Positions 39,201-51,579 of a DNA stretch of 64,000 bases are shown here, in pieces. The notes below the pieces were generated by a model. The model did no database searches. It saw only the letters and a program-made list of their open reading frames with translations, and was not told the origin of the DNA. Position 1 is the stretch's first letter. Every line of letters begins with the position of its first letter. Origin of the DNA: Takakia lepidozioides (taxonomy: Eukaryota > Plantae > Bryophyta); contig CM060731.1 in NCBI GenBank assembly GCA_030704615.1, positions 85,622,001-85,686,000 of the forward strand, read 5' to 3'. The position numbers and the translations under genes are program-made.

Positions 39201-40870
39201 TCCTGCAGGTAAGTCGAATCCCGGATGGATGGAAATCCGGCGCCGGATTTCCATCCTGCAGGTAATTCGAATCCCGGATGGATGGAAATTCGGCGCCGGA
39301 TTTCCATCCTGCAGGTAATTCGAATCCCGGATGGATGGAAATTCGGCGCCGGATTTCCATCCTGCAGGTAATTCGAATCCCGGATGGATGGAAATTCGGC
39401 GCCGGATTTCCATCCAGCAGGTAAGTGGAATCCCGGATGATGGGAAATTCGGCGCCGCATTTCCATCCAGCAGGTTACTGGAATCCCGGATGGATCGAAA
39501 TCCGGCGCCGAATTTCCATCCTGCAGGTAATTCGAATCCCGGATGGATGGAAATTCGGCGCCGCATTTCCATCCAGCAGGTTACTGGAATCCCGGATGGA
39601 TCGAAATCCGGCGCCGAATTTCCATCCTGCAGGTATTTCATCGCTGAGAATTACCTTCCTGCAGGTAATTCTGATCAATGAATTACCTTCCTGTAGGTAA
39701 TTCTCAGCGATGAATTACCTTCCTGCAGGTAATTCTGAGCGAGGAATTACCTTCCTACCTTCGTCGATAAGAATTACCTGCAGGAAGGTAATTCATCGCT
39801 GAGAATTACCTGCAGGAAGGTAATTCATCGATCAGAATTACCTGCAGGAAGGTAATTCTCAGCGATGAAATACCTGCCTAATGGAAATTCGGCGCCGAAT
39901 ATCCATACGCCAGCGATCCGACTTACCAGCTGGATGGAAATTCGGTGCCGGATTTCTATCCATCCGGGATTCAACTTACCTGCTGGATGGAAATTCGGCG
40001 CCGAATTTCCATCCATCCGGGATTCGAATTACCTGCAGGATGGATATGCGGCGCCGGATTTCGATCGATCCGGGATTTCACTTACCTGCTGGATGGAAAT
40101 TCGGCGCCGGATTTCCATCCATCCGGGATTGCACTTACCTGCTGGGTGGAAATTCGGCGCCGAATTTCCATCCGGGGGCTGGTCTCTGTCGGAGAGGTGC
40201 CGGCCTCTCCGCCGCTCTGTTGGATATTCGGTGCCGAATTTCCGTCCGGCGGTTGAAATATGACGGCCAGGTGCCGACCTCTCCCCCCTCCCCAACCGCA
40301 TTGGAATGGCCCCGGATTGAAATTCGGCGCCGTTTTCCCATCTGGGGAGGTTTTTATGTCGGCCAGTTTTCAGTCTGACACCCCGACAAGACTTCCTTGG
40401 GGGGGCCCGGATGGAAATTCGGCGCCGAATCTCCATCCAAGGGATGCTCTCTGTCGAACACGTGCCGACCTCTACGCCCGAGGCGACTTCATCCGGGCGT
40501 CCCCTGTTCGATATTCGGTGCCGAATTTCCGTCCGGGGGTTGAAATGTGACGGCCAAGTGCCGGCCTCTCCCCCCTCCCCGACTGCATCCGAACCGCCCC
40601 GGATGGAAATTCGGCGCCGTTTTTCCATCTGGGGATGTTTTTATGCCGGCCAGTTTTCGGCCTGACCCCCCGACACGACTTCCTTTACCTGCTGGATGGA
40701 AATTCGGCGCCGAATCTCCATCCAGGGGATGTTCTCTGTCGCACACGCGCCGGCCTCTGCGCCCGAGGCGACTTCATCCGGGCTTCCCCTGTTGGATATT
40801 GGGTGCCGAATTTCCATTCGGGGGTAGTAATGTGACGGCACGGTGCCGGCTTCTCCCCTTCAGCCGTCAT
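36236..40870. repeat. Complex palindromic satellite inside MULE C
   Basis: About 370-bp fold-back units (CTAAGTCCCAGATCTGAC arms, T-tracts) at about 37420, 37790, 38160, 38530 and 38900. About 55-bp units at 39100-39630. About 30-bp GAATTACCTTCCTGCAGG units with an inversion axis near 39765. Inverted 55-bp units then decay to 40870. The perfect palindrome GGATGGAAATTCGGCGCCGAATTTCCATCC lies at 39985-40014. Confidence 0.95.
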
Positions 40871-41121
40871 CATCCGGACGGCCCCCCACTTTCTGACTGC
40901 ATACCGTTGGCAGTTATTGCGCAAAGACCAGGGGCCGCATTCCGGAGACAAGGTTCATTAACACTCTGACTGTGGATTTTTGAGATAGTTGGCTCCCTGG
41001 ATTTGGATCAGGCTTCGTCGCTCGGACAAATCGGCATCGCATTCATTCCCATCGCTGCATCCCCCTTCTACCAGGGAGCTTCCCCGCACTCCATCCTGGG
41101 AGTCTTGTGTGCACATCTCCC

Positions 41122-43209
41122 ATGGCGGAAAACCCGAGCGCTACAGTGTACTGCCCTCCTCACGAGCATAGAGCTTCATTTCCGTGCAGAGGGGACACCT
41201 GCCGGGTGATGGAGAAATATCTGTGCGTTCGATACCACCTGAAACCGGGGTCGGTTTTTTTGGAGGAGGAAAGGAAGGACTCTAACGGCCTTGTTGTCGA
41301 CAGTATTGTTGTGCTCCACGATGATTTCGGCGATGGCAGGGAATGGCGAGTTCCACCATTGGACAGCGTCATATACAGGGCTGTTGGGGACTTTATTTGC
41401 CCGCCAAATGCACCTTCTATCCTGGCGCCTTCCACGAAACAATCCGCGAATCAGAGAGTGGCTACCTCAAAGAGAGAAGTCCGCAACGAAGTAAATCCAG
41501 AGCCGAACCCATCCATGAAGACGAGCCAGAACCGGGTTGTTCACAACCTGTCCGACTCAGACGAGGTCATGGAAGTTCCGAGGTCGTCCTGGAGATCAGG
41601 CAAGTCCTCAATGGACGTCAGTGGAGGAGGGAGTCATATTCCCAGCACGAGCACCGCAGTTCGATCTATTCTTGAAATTCTGCGAGGGCTTCACCTGGAG
41701 GGACACCGGTCGGAGCTGGCCGGGCTGGACTACAGCAAGTTCGCAATTAAATCGGTTACATGCCTTCCCGCCGACGTCGACGGTAATATCTTCTTTGAGT
41801 TCCCTCCTCGGGCGGACTACTCGAGGGCGTCCGGAATGTTGACAGATATGGATAGAAAACATGACGGTCATCCTTGGTGCGTTACCAAAACCACCAGCAT
41901 GAAGATGCTCGATGGTGTGCGGGTGCGCTACGTTGTTTGTGCGGGCGCGTTGCGGTGTTTCTCCCCAACTTGCTTCCACTTTAAATCCAGAGGTCACAGG
42001 AACGAGACCGATTGGACAGGCACAGCTCATCAACCATTTTGAGCTCAGGAGAAGGTTCCGAACTCCACATTTAAGTGTGCGCATTGCAAAGAACCACCAC
42101 ACTGCATGTCTGTTTGTAATGCCAAGCAGTTCTATGTGTTGCACCGTTTCCCTGACCTCACACCAGCTTGCATACACGTTGGTTCCCATTGTCACAAATT
42201 GGCGAGGGGGAACTCGCGGGAGGCTGCCCACGAAGCAGAGCAGCTCGTTCAGGAGGAGGTTAAGTTGAGATCGGGTGCCAAACCCAAACAGATACAGCTC
42301 CAAGCCGCCCATAAGATGGCATTGGCCAGAATTATGTCGGAAGAGGGCTCCGATAGAGTTCCTCTCGACGAGAAGGAAATGGAGGCATTGCTGGAGTCGG
42401 TGTCCCACGTATGTTCACCGAATGTCCGAAACCACATTGTCTCATGCAAACAGAAAATTGGGCGTGGCTCGGATATGCACTCCATTCTGGAGGTGAAGCG
42501 ACGATGTGGATATGACTACATTCATGGAAGTAGGTTTCCAGGACAATGGACTGAGGCAGATCGTTGTTTCGTATTCAAAATGTCCACGTGTGGACCTGGC
42601 AGCGGCGTCGAACTGGTTGACAGGATGACGAGTAGGAACTTGTCAAACAGTTTGGTCATGTTCGACCATATCAAGTGAATTACAAATCACCAGTGGGTGA
42701 CAATGGGTGCACATGTCTACGACACCCACTGCAGGATGCTAATGACAATTGCTATTTGTGAGATGAAAGGAGAGGACACACAATCGGAGATGCTTCTTTG
42801 GCAGGGAATAAACGAACAGATGGCCAAGGCGGGATTGCCCCCTCCGAATTTCCGTGGTTTCATGGCAGACAACGCACAAGCAAATTGGGCTGCCATCCGA
42901 AGGGTGTACGGGCAAGACCCCAATGTTCCCATGGAAGGCAAGGAGAGATCTTGTGGGTTCCATTTTCTGCAAAGCCTTTCGCAGTACACAACCAGGCTCG
43001 TGGCGCCAGATTTCAGAGAGGAGCACCGTTCCATGTGCCTTGCGTGGAAGCGCGCTCCTACCTTGGATGATGCAGAGACACAGTTTGCATGCATACGGGC
43101 TTGGTGGACATCGTCAGGTGTTGTAAGGAAATCAGACGAGGGAGCAATGGTCAGTTGGCTAGCATGGTGGCATTATCGTTTCCTCCAGTTCGGCGACTAT
43201 ATGCGGGAG
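41122..43209 (+). pseudogene. MULE C transposase, 3'-deleted (lacks catalytic E and SWIM)
   Basis: DGHPWCVTKTT...CAGALRCFSPTC...NETDWTG, CIHVGSHCH, VMFDHIK*, FMADNAQANW, CGFHF and WLAWWHYRFLQFG. Frameshift at about 42040 and TGA at 42676. It ends at a GTGAGT donor (43210) equivalent to the intron in copy B. Confidence 0.88.
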
Positions 43210-46200
43210 GTGAGTTGCACGTCTGAAAATGCTAAGTCCGAACTGGCTAAGTCCGAACATGCACTGGAAAAATGGCGCTGAATTACCTGTCATGAGGGGA
43301 CCTATAGCCGCGGAATTCGTTCCCATTTTTCGCCAGAGAGACCTATTACCGCGAAATACGTCGCCGTTTTTCAGGTTACGGACCCTATTACCGCGAAATT
43401 CGGCGCCATATTTGCACATGTCGCTGGGAATTGGCAAGAGCGGAAGACGAAATATCATGAGCACAACTGTCAAAAGTGCAATTTTCCCTTCAAGGGGCCG
43501 ATTAATATATTTGTTTTTCCTGACACATTGCATTAAATTATTGTTTTTTATTGTTTTTTATTTTCAAAATTTGTACTTCTGCTCATGAAAACCGATTGTG
43601 TTACTACTCTGCTCATGCCGCTCATGCCGCTCATGCCGCTCATGCTCATGAAATAGCAAACCTCACAGAGGGTACATGGATAACATTATGGAATTGAAGG
43701 GACGGAGCAGGTATGACTACATTCAAGAGAGTGAGTTCCCAGGTCAAGGGTCGAACAAAATCTACATTTTAAAATGTCGATAGCCGGGGAAGGCAGCGGA
43801 GTCAGTCTTGTCAATCGCATGCAGAAGGGTGGCGATCTCCCAAACTGTTTCCTTATGTTTGATTACGTGAAACGAGTGAAAGATTGGACAACAATGGCGT
43901 GTCATGTTTACGATCCTTTCTACCAGCGAGTCATGACAATTGCAGTGTGTGACATGCAATCAGAGGACGCGGATTCGCAGCAGCTAATGTGGAGAAGTCT
44001 CATTTGTGTCATGGCCTCCCAGGGTGTCCCGTCTCCAAATTTCGTCGGATTTATGGCCGACAATGCTCAAGCAAATTTCAAAGCAGTTCGCATTGTGTTT
44101 GGATCAGGAGATCCAAAGGTGCCAATGCCAGGAAGAGAGCGAACATGTCTTTTCCATTGGACGCAGTCCCTGGAGAAACATACAAAGGCAGACATCAAAT
44201 CGGACATGCGGCCTATTCATCTTAGGCTATGCAAACAATACAAAGATGCCAAAAGCATGGCAGAGGCGAATACATTGTTCCAGACAATTTGTGCCTGGTG
44301 GTTCTCATCTGGGGCTGCATCAAAAGACAATATGAGAGCGCTAGAAGACTGGCTGGCATTTTGGCACTTCCGGTATAGACAATGGGGAGCATGCATGACA
44401 ACGGTGCGTGAATTTGAAAACGTGCAAATTTCATTGAGTTTGTATCCATTTCCAATCATGTCTGTTGTGATGGGGTGTGCATGTCCTCTTTCTGATATAT
44501 GTTTTCCCGTTCTGCAGCACTTGTCAATAGAGGAGATGGCAGACATGCCCTCTTGCAATCTAGCGGAGACAGTGCACAATGCATGGTTGCAGCAATCTGG
44601 AAAGCGGGGCCGGGATTTGTATGTGGCGACAGCAGATGATCTGATTCGAGCTCTACATCAACAAACGAGATATCGGGAGTTCTTGCGGGGTGGCGTTGGT
44701 GGCACAGGTCCAGACAAGTCTGAGTTGATGTTGCGAGCGGCAAGAAGATCGGAGGATCCGAACAAGATTGCTAGGGCTGTCAGCATGTGTGCGGAAGGAA
44801 CTCCTTTGGTGTCCAGAGTTCCCCATCTGGAGGGCGAGGAGAGATTTGGGTCTTACAAATGGAAATTGAACACCCCTCCTGGGTCCGATGCGGACTCGCA
44901 CAGGCCTGACAGGGACAACTTCTCCACTCCGCGTGTTCCATTGCATCAGAGGTTTGTTTCCGGAATATCCAGTGCGGAGGAACCTTTCTCACAAAGGCAA
45001 ACGCATGCATCTCCCACTGTCAGTGCAATGGGGCAGGAGGCAAATGTGCTCCCCCCTATGGTGGAGTCCATGTGCCCCGACGAAGCCTGGCACATAGAAC
45101 GCACCAGTGTTGGGTCTCAAGTGAAGTGCACGACAATCAAAGCTACCAATCGTGAGAAGTGCAAGTCCTCCATATCCAGAGGCAGTGTCCGCACTCTGGC
45201 TCCAACCTTCATTGGTTTGTTCTAGCCTTACGGGCAAGCAGAGGTGAAGAACCACAAATTATGGTTCTGCCTTGACGACTGTGGTAGGTACGTGCGTGGG
45301 ACTGTGCGACCATCGGTCATCATGAAGCCTCCTCCACCAAGTGTTTGGCCTGTGAAGGTGGGGACACATCTCACAACTCCTTGACATGTTGGAGGAGGCA
45401 GGCTTCTCCCTTCAGCGACAACCCTATGTACATGCAGGTGCTTCTACTTCAGCAAGTTCTCGAATGCCACCACCCAACGCTGATGCATGGCCAACAAAAT
45501 GAAATGGGAAGCTGGTTCGTCGTTTCCCTCCGACTGCCAAACACTTCGGCAAGGTGGAATCCGCTTGAATGCTTCAAGGTCGTGTTACAGGCACTACGGA
45601 AGTTCCACATCCCGGGTATGGTCGGATCTACACTATGATGACCTCCACATCTGCTATGCATGACAGATTCTATGACATCACAATTTCAAATTTCCCCAAC
45701 TGCACCTGTCCTGATTTTGTTGACATGCTTTCAACAAGTTTGGGAAAGAGAGGAAAATTTATACCCTGCAAGCATTTGTATTTTATCTTCTTGAATAGAA
45801 TGGTTTGTGATCCCAAACGCGACATCTTCATGCACCAGGCCACCATGAGTTTCAACGAGGTGAATACACTTATGCAGCGGGATAGAAGCACATAGCATCC
45901 TCTTCACTTTGGTCATCTGCAATTTCCATTACTGGATTTCACATGAATTGAAACTTGAACTTGATGTCCCTTCGTATATTTGGTACCAGTCCAGCCTTTA
46001 ATTATGTTGTGCAATGTGTGCCATTTCTTGTGTGTAGTCGTTGCAAAATAAATGGAATGGATGCAAATGCTTTCACAAGTTGTTCCTGAATTTTTAGTTG
46101 TGGTGTTTTGGATGAATGAATGCCACTGCTATAGGCCCCTCGGCTATAGGTGCTATATGTTTTTGTTGACATGGCATCCGCCACGTTGTCCAAATGCCAC

Positions 46201-47174
46201 GTCATTTTGTCGACTGCCACATCAGCAGACCCTCGCCGCGTCAGCCTCACATTCATGCCACGTCAGCGTGTGCCTACGCTCATGCCACATCAGCTGGTGT
46301 GAGCCTACGCTCGCGCCACGTCATCCTACGCTCACGTTCACGCGGTAGCGTCGTCCCGCAGGGAAGAAACGGGGGGGGGGGCGGGTCAGGGGCCAGGGGA
46401 TGGGGCCCCGCGAGGCTACTGTAATTACAGAGTGTTTTTGGCCGTGGTGTTCGTGGCCAGTATCACTGTGGCTGGCTTGTTAGGTTTACACAAGCCCTTG
46501 CTGAATGGTTGCATAATGACCTACATGTACCCTACGTACATCCCAGTCCCTGTGCCCCCCTGATGGCTCTTGGAGTAAATGAAGTGTGGTGAGCTCACTA
46601 TAAAACCATTAGGTGCAAATCCGCGGTCAGATTACAAAGAAACCTACTGCAATGCGTCGCAAGTAGGCACCGCACACCAGATGGACGTTACATCGCATGC
46701 ATTACTTGTGCAACTCCCACGAACAATCCGCACTCCAAAACATCTGCCTTGGAAAAGTTTCTCCTGGTGATCACAAGCTTGGATGTTGACGTGAGACATG
46801 GCATGACAAATCCCTCACTTTCAAGCCAGGCGAGCTATGCACTGCATCCTCTAAACAAGCCCAAGGGCATATGCCAGTTCTAGCGATGGCTTAGTCCGTA
46901 AGTGCCAGAAGAGGCATTGTGGACTCCCTCTCTTGATCCTATTCCAGAAGCTGTGGTCATGGTTGAGGTGCCTAATTTTATCAACTGTGCCGCTACAGCT
47001 GCCGCTTCCCGCTGACCGTCTACCCATGGAGGTTTCTTGTAGCTATCCTTCCACAGGGAACCATAGGTAATCTGGAGCTTGAAATCCGACCCTCTTGGAT
47101 GAGTATGGACCCACACTCTATCATGCTCCTTCAACTATCACTGCCTCTGCACAAATCATGCATACATCCTTGCC

Positions 47175-48710
47175 TTGCTGCCAATGCGATCATTGCACTC
47201 CACGACACCACATCTCGTTGAGCCACAGTCGAACACTACCTTCGCATCTTCAATGCTCCCACATTCGGCATACATGTCCACCAGGGCGGTGTTCAGAATG
47301 ACAAACCCTACAATTATGGCAATATTTGAAGCACTCTCCCAGCTACCCTCCTTTTCCCCCCCATACTATATTTTCACAGACAGCCTTACCTCACTATTTC
47401 TTCTTCGCAACCACCTCTCCAGCCCCTACTGCCACCTTCACCACTCAGACCGGAACCTCATTGCAGCTATCATTAACCGTGCGGCTTCCATTAATCACCC
47501 CATACACTTTCTCAAAGTTCGCTCCCACACTGGTATCATCGGTAACGAAAACGCAGACCTCCTCGCCCAGGCAGGGGCCGCCCAACCCCCACTGGATCCC
47601 ACGGCCGACCCCATCCATATTGCTCACACTCACCCATTCTGGCTAATTCACCTAGTACCAGGACCCCCTACTACCAAGCCCATACATAACCTAAAATGCA
47701 CTCTCACACTTGAAGCACACAAACAAGCCTCATCCTCTACCAGCCATACCAAAGCCCATATCCAAAAATGGACACAATCTACAGTTCTTCACCACAAATT
47801 GTCAAAGTACTTCTGGCACACCAAGACTGTCACCGACGTGCAAATCCGACAAACATTCAAATTTCGTTACGCCCAATACATGGGACACCAACGCAAGCAC
47901 ATCTTCTGGCCACGCCTATTCCCTTCCCCCAACTGCCCGTTATGCTCACATACACATACAGTACATGACACCTGGCCCCACCTCCTTAGTCAATGTACTC
48001 ACCCCGTTATACATGGTCTCCGCGTCACTCGCCATAATTACGCAGTTTGGCACATCCATAAACTTCTCATGTCCAGATCAGAAACCAGATGGTTCTCTCT
48101 CAATGCTGGTACCTACCAAGGCCGACCCCTGACCACACTGTCCCTCACTGGATACTTCCGTGTACTTGTCATCACTCACCCTGTATATGCCTTCTCGGCT
48201 CTGCCCGAATATCATACTTGTCCAAGGCTTACCCATCAATGCCCCCCTACCCACTTCCCCTTCCCCAGAATTAACCATTAATTTCGTTGAATTTATACTG
48301 TAATGACCGATACCCAGCCCCCCTCATCCTCGCCATCCGCCAGCGTGGATGGCGCACCGGTCCCCGATCAGTTATCACAGCCGGTACTAGAGGTGGGACC
48401 ATCATACCGCCAGTATAAACGCACTACACGACAATCTTAAAATCCCTATCCCCTCGATCCACAAATGCTTTAAAGCCATCCACCTCACTACGATCCGCTC
48501 CCTCACTGCCATCATCACCAATAAGCGACAACTCGAGTCCAACCCCTCTCCGGCATCCCAGGGTATCCTGGGGTACCCCCGGGTACCCTAGGTACCCTAG
48601 GCACCGCTACCCTATTTACTACCTCCTCCTGGTTACCCGGTGTCCCCTGGACAGTGTTCTCTTTATAGGGCCTACCCCCGAAAGGGGGCAGTAGCCGTAA
48701 GGCGAAGTGA
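47175..48710 (+). mobile_element. RandI/Dualen-like LINE 3' fragment: RNase H + CCHC + restriction-like endonuclease
   Basis: RNase H: YIFTDSLTSL...FLKVRSHTGIIGNENADLLA. Zinc knuckle: CPLC...HLLSQC. RLE: RHNYAVW...PNIILVQGLP...INFVEF, then RGWRTG...VITAGTRGG across frameshifts. Confidence 0.75.
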
Positions 48711-49202
48711 CTCTTAGTTATGCCGACTTTGGCCGGACTCTTCTCTCTCTCGCCCAGATTTCCTTTAGGCTTCTTCCCCCAGCTGCGGCATTTTCTTTGC
48801 TTCTGATCTCGGAAAGATGATGGAAAGACACGAAAATGGGGGAATGGTGGCAGGAGTGACCTTACGGGATGGAATGCTATGGAGCTGGGATTCCTCCCTA
48901 CCTGCTTATTTGACTTAGGTGAATGGAGGGGGGATGCGCTCTGGATGAAGTAGGGATGGATGGAGGTAGGATGTAGTCTGGATGAACTTACGCTTTACGC
49001 ACGAGGATGAGCTGGCAACAGCTTACGGCTTTTAATACAGACTGTCTTATTCTAACAGCTAGTTTAGGATTAGATTAGGATGGAACTACGTGATGTGGCT
49101 TCTTTCTATGATGGCTATGCTGGAACGACATCTGGCTGACTTGTATATAAGTGCCACGTGGCACAAAGATTAGATTACGACCTAATGCTATTTAAGCTGC
49201 AC

Positions 49203-49830
49203 TGCCGTGGGCCACTGCGACTCCCTAAGCTACCACGACCCCTCGTGGAGCCCCCCCACCGCAACCCGGTTTGTGGGGCTCCACATAGTGAGCTCCTCCA
49301 CCTCCTTGAGTGCCTTCGACACTCAAGGGTGCTTCATCCCCCATTTCCTATTCGCTGCCGCTGCCCCCACCACAGGGGCAACCCCTCTTATCTCCCAACC
49401 CCCCGCCCTCAAGCTGGCAAAGGGCTGCGACACACACCCCTACCAACGAGGAGTCGATGTCCTCATCGACTTGTCTTTTTTTTGTGGAAACTAACATCCA
49501 AGTTGTGGCGTCCCACATCAAGGAGTTTGTTTCCGTACTATGGCGTCCCATGGCAAAGAACCAAACCCCCACTTGACTTTTCTCCCCACTAGCTAGTTTG
49601 GCCGACTTCCTCCAAGTCAAGGCCAAAGCTCCACCCAGTGCACTCTTCTTGGCCCTCTTCATGGCCAAGAAACGACTCTCTTCGAGGATCGGATCGCCTT
49701 ACTACAACAACATTGCTTGCGACCGCTCGTGATGCCGCTTTGCCATCACCTTGAGCATGGGTTTGCTTGAACCCCTTTGACTAGGAAGATAACCTTGAAC
49801 CAACCGTGCACCCCAATCACTACAATTGGG
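49203..49830 (-). repeat. Partial LTR of the same chromovirus family as 24593-26191
   Basis: Collinear match to about 25110-25735 (for example CACCGCAACCCGG...TCCCACATCAAGGAGTTTGTTTC...CAATCACTACAATTGGG). Confidence 0.85.
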
Positions 49831-50315
49831 CCGGACAAGTGCAATTAGGAAAATCGCCAATAGTAATCTCATAGGTCCTGTCATGAACAACCGATCCAGA
49901 GGTTGCCATGGTGTACACCCGCCCATAGCCTGGCAAGGGGACATTCACAATTTGGGCGACGCGACACTGCAGGGTTCTAGCAGACTCTATCTTGCACCCA
50001 TTATTTGCACCAGCCTCAACCCGACGTACCGCCTTTCCATTCTTTTTTCTGGGCCAATCGTTGCCCTGTTGAGGACGTGCAGGAAAGTTGGAAGGGAAAG
50101 CCATTGGAGAAACCGGCGTTACGACAGTTGGGCCTCTGGGAAGGCGAAACCCGGCCTCCTCCAGTATGTCAATTTCCAATTTGGAGAGTGCGGTTCCTAA
50201 CTTCACTGGCCACACGGCTGGAATTTGAGGCTTCATTATCACAGAATCCCGAACAGTCCCCATGACATAGCGCACAATGTCATCCGGGCAGAACCAGTAC
50301 TTGTGAGGCCTAGAC
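49831..50315 (-). pseudogene. MULE copy D: C-terminal transposase fragment truncated inside the SWIM domain
   Basis: HKYWFCPDDIVRYV...VWPVKLGT...LEEAGF...PGYGRVYTM...YEITIGDFPNCTCP is homologous to 45250-45715. Confidence 0.85.
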
Positions 50316-51579
50316 TCCCGCGACATACACACATTCATACAGACACTCAAGCACGCCGCCTCACGTAGTACGCACAAACATGAGATGAAAACCACCACCC
50401 CCACTGCGAGACTCAGTAGTGTCCTCTTCGTGACATTCCGTCTTCTCAGCCAGGCTCATCTGCCAACTACATTCCCCTTGATAACACTAAACCGGGAGAG
50501 GAAAGGGAATAACCCCCTGGCGCCGGAATCATGCTTCACAATGCCACTTCACAAATTTTGGTTACGTTCCATCACATAATTCAACTGCTCCCAGGGGCGT
50601 TAGGTTTCACGGGTATAAGCCAACCGGAAATACAAAGGATTTATTCGAGCAACGTTTACGTGAGAATTGATTCCTCACTTAGTATGATATATGCCTGGAA
50701 AACATTTGTAGGCAAAAAACAAAACAGTGCTGCCGGGGAAGATATGCCGGCCGGCTTTATCTAGATCCCACCGGGTAACCCACAGCGGACGGAACTTCCC
50801 CAAGGGGACAACACGGACGGACACCGACAATGTGGACGGAAGTGGGATGCGTTCCTGGCTAGAGCGGACGGAATTTCCCCATGGGGGGACGAAACATGGA
50901 ACGGACACCGACGATGTGGGATGCGTGGTGGGGCTGGCCGCGGGGTGCCAGTCTGGCTCTGCCCCTGCCCGGCACCAGCTGCCCGCTACTCTTGTCGCTA
51001 TATTTATATTTGGGGCCGGGTCGGGGGGCGACGGGCGGGGAAACGACGGGCGGGGAGGTCTGGAAGGTGACGGCATTGGGGAGAGAGCAGGGCAGCGTGC
51101 GAGGGTAATTACATTGACGGTATGCGCAGAGGTTGGAGGTAAATGAGTAGACGGGATTTTTGAATGCGGAGGTTGGCTTTTCTAGTGTACGAGGAAGAGG
51201 TTACTGGTCTAGGTGAAGGAAAGCCTGGTCTCGGGGGTGGGAGGGATGTATGGTGGAGACAGCAAGTACCTGAGATGGAGAGACGTTTGGAGTAGGCACA
51301 GAGTTTGCAGTAGTTTTGCAAGTTGTGGTGGAGGGCAGGGGTTTTAGGAGAGGGAGGTGTTGTGAAGGGATAGAGGAGCTTGCATCATTTCCGGTTTTCT
51401 AGGAGGCCGTTACTGTTCTAGGGACTAAGGTCAGTGAAGACTTTTGTTGTCTGCGCGTACTTCTTGAAGCAGTGGAGCGTGGCGGCCGAGCCAAGCGTGC
51501 AGATGAACATCTCGTAGCTAGCAGCTTCCTTGATTCGCGTCGTCACTGACTCAAAAGACAGCTTGGAACAGGACCCGCG

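Larger units (their letters stand above)
36052..43664 (+). mobile_element. MULE copy C (inner, 7.6 kb) with TIRs and TSD, nested in the copy B transposase
   Basis: Left end GGGGGCTGCTATTTCATGAGC; right end reverse complement GAGGTTTGCTATTTCATGAGC; both are followed by CATGAGC repeats. CTCACAGAGGG is duplicated at 36041-36051 and 43662-43672 (TSD of 8-11 bp; ACAGAGGG gives symmetric TIRs). Confidence 0.88.
35041..46430 (+). mobile_element. MULE copy B (outer/host): transposase pseudogene 35041-36051 + 43673-45895 with GCM-like, DDE and SWIM domains
   Basis: The frame rejoins across the insert as MGSAHRG|YMDNIMELKGRSRYDYIQESEFPGQG. DDE core: LMFDYVKR, FMADNAQ, CLFH (CxxH) and NLAETVH. Intron at 44404-44517. 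SWIM reads CTCPDF...CKH. Stops and frameshifts are present. The right boundary is approximate. Confidence 0.88.

Noticed and set aside
36247-40969. Many ORFs (MEIRRRISIHP, DGNPAPDFHPS etc.)
   Set aside because: They are translation artefacts of the palindromic satellite, appearing in all frames on both strands.
44404-44517. Coding insertion in the 483-aa MULE ORF
   Set aside because: It is a 114-nt GT..AG, stop-free intron whose donor position is conserved in MULE C.
48670-48710. Hammerhead ribozyme
   Set aside because: A stem followed by GAA is present, but the CTGANGA core and GAAA/UH geometry are missing.
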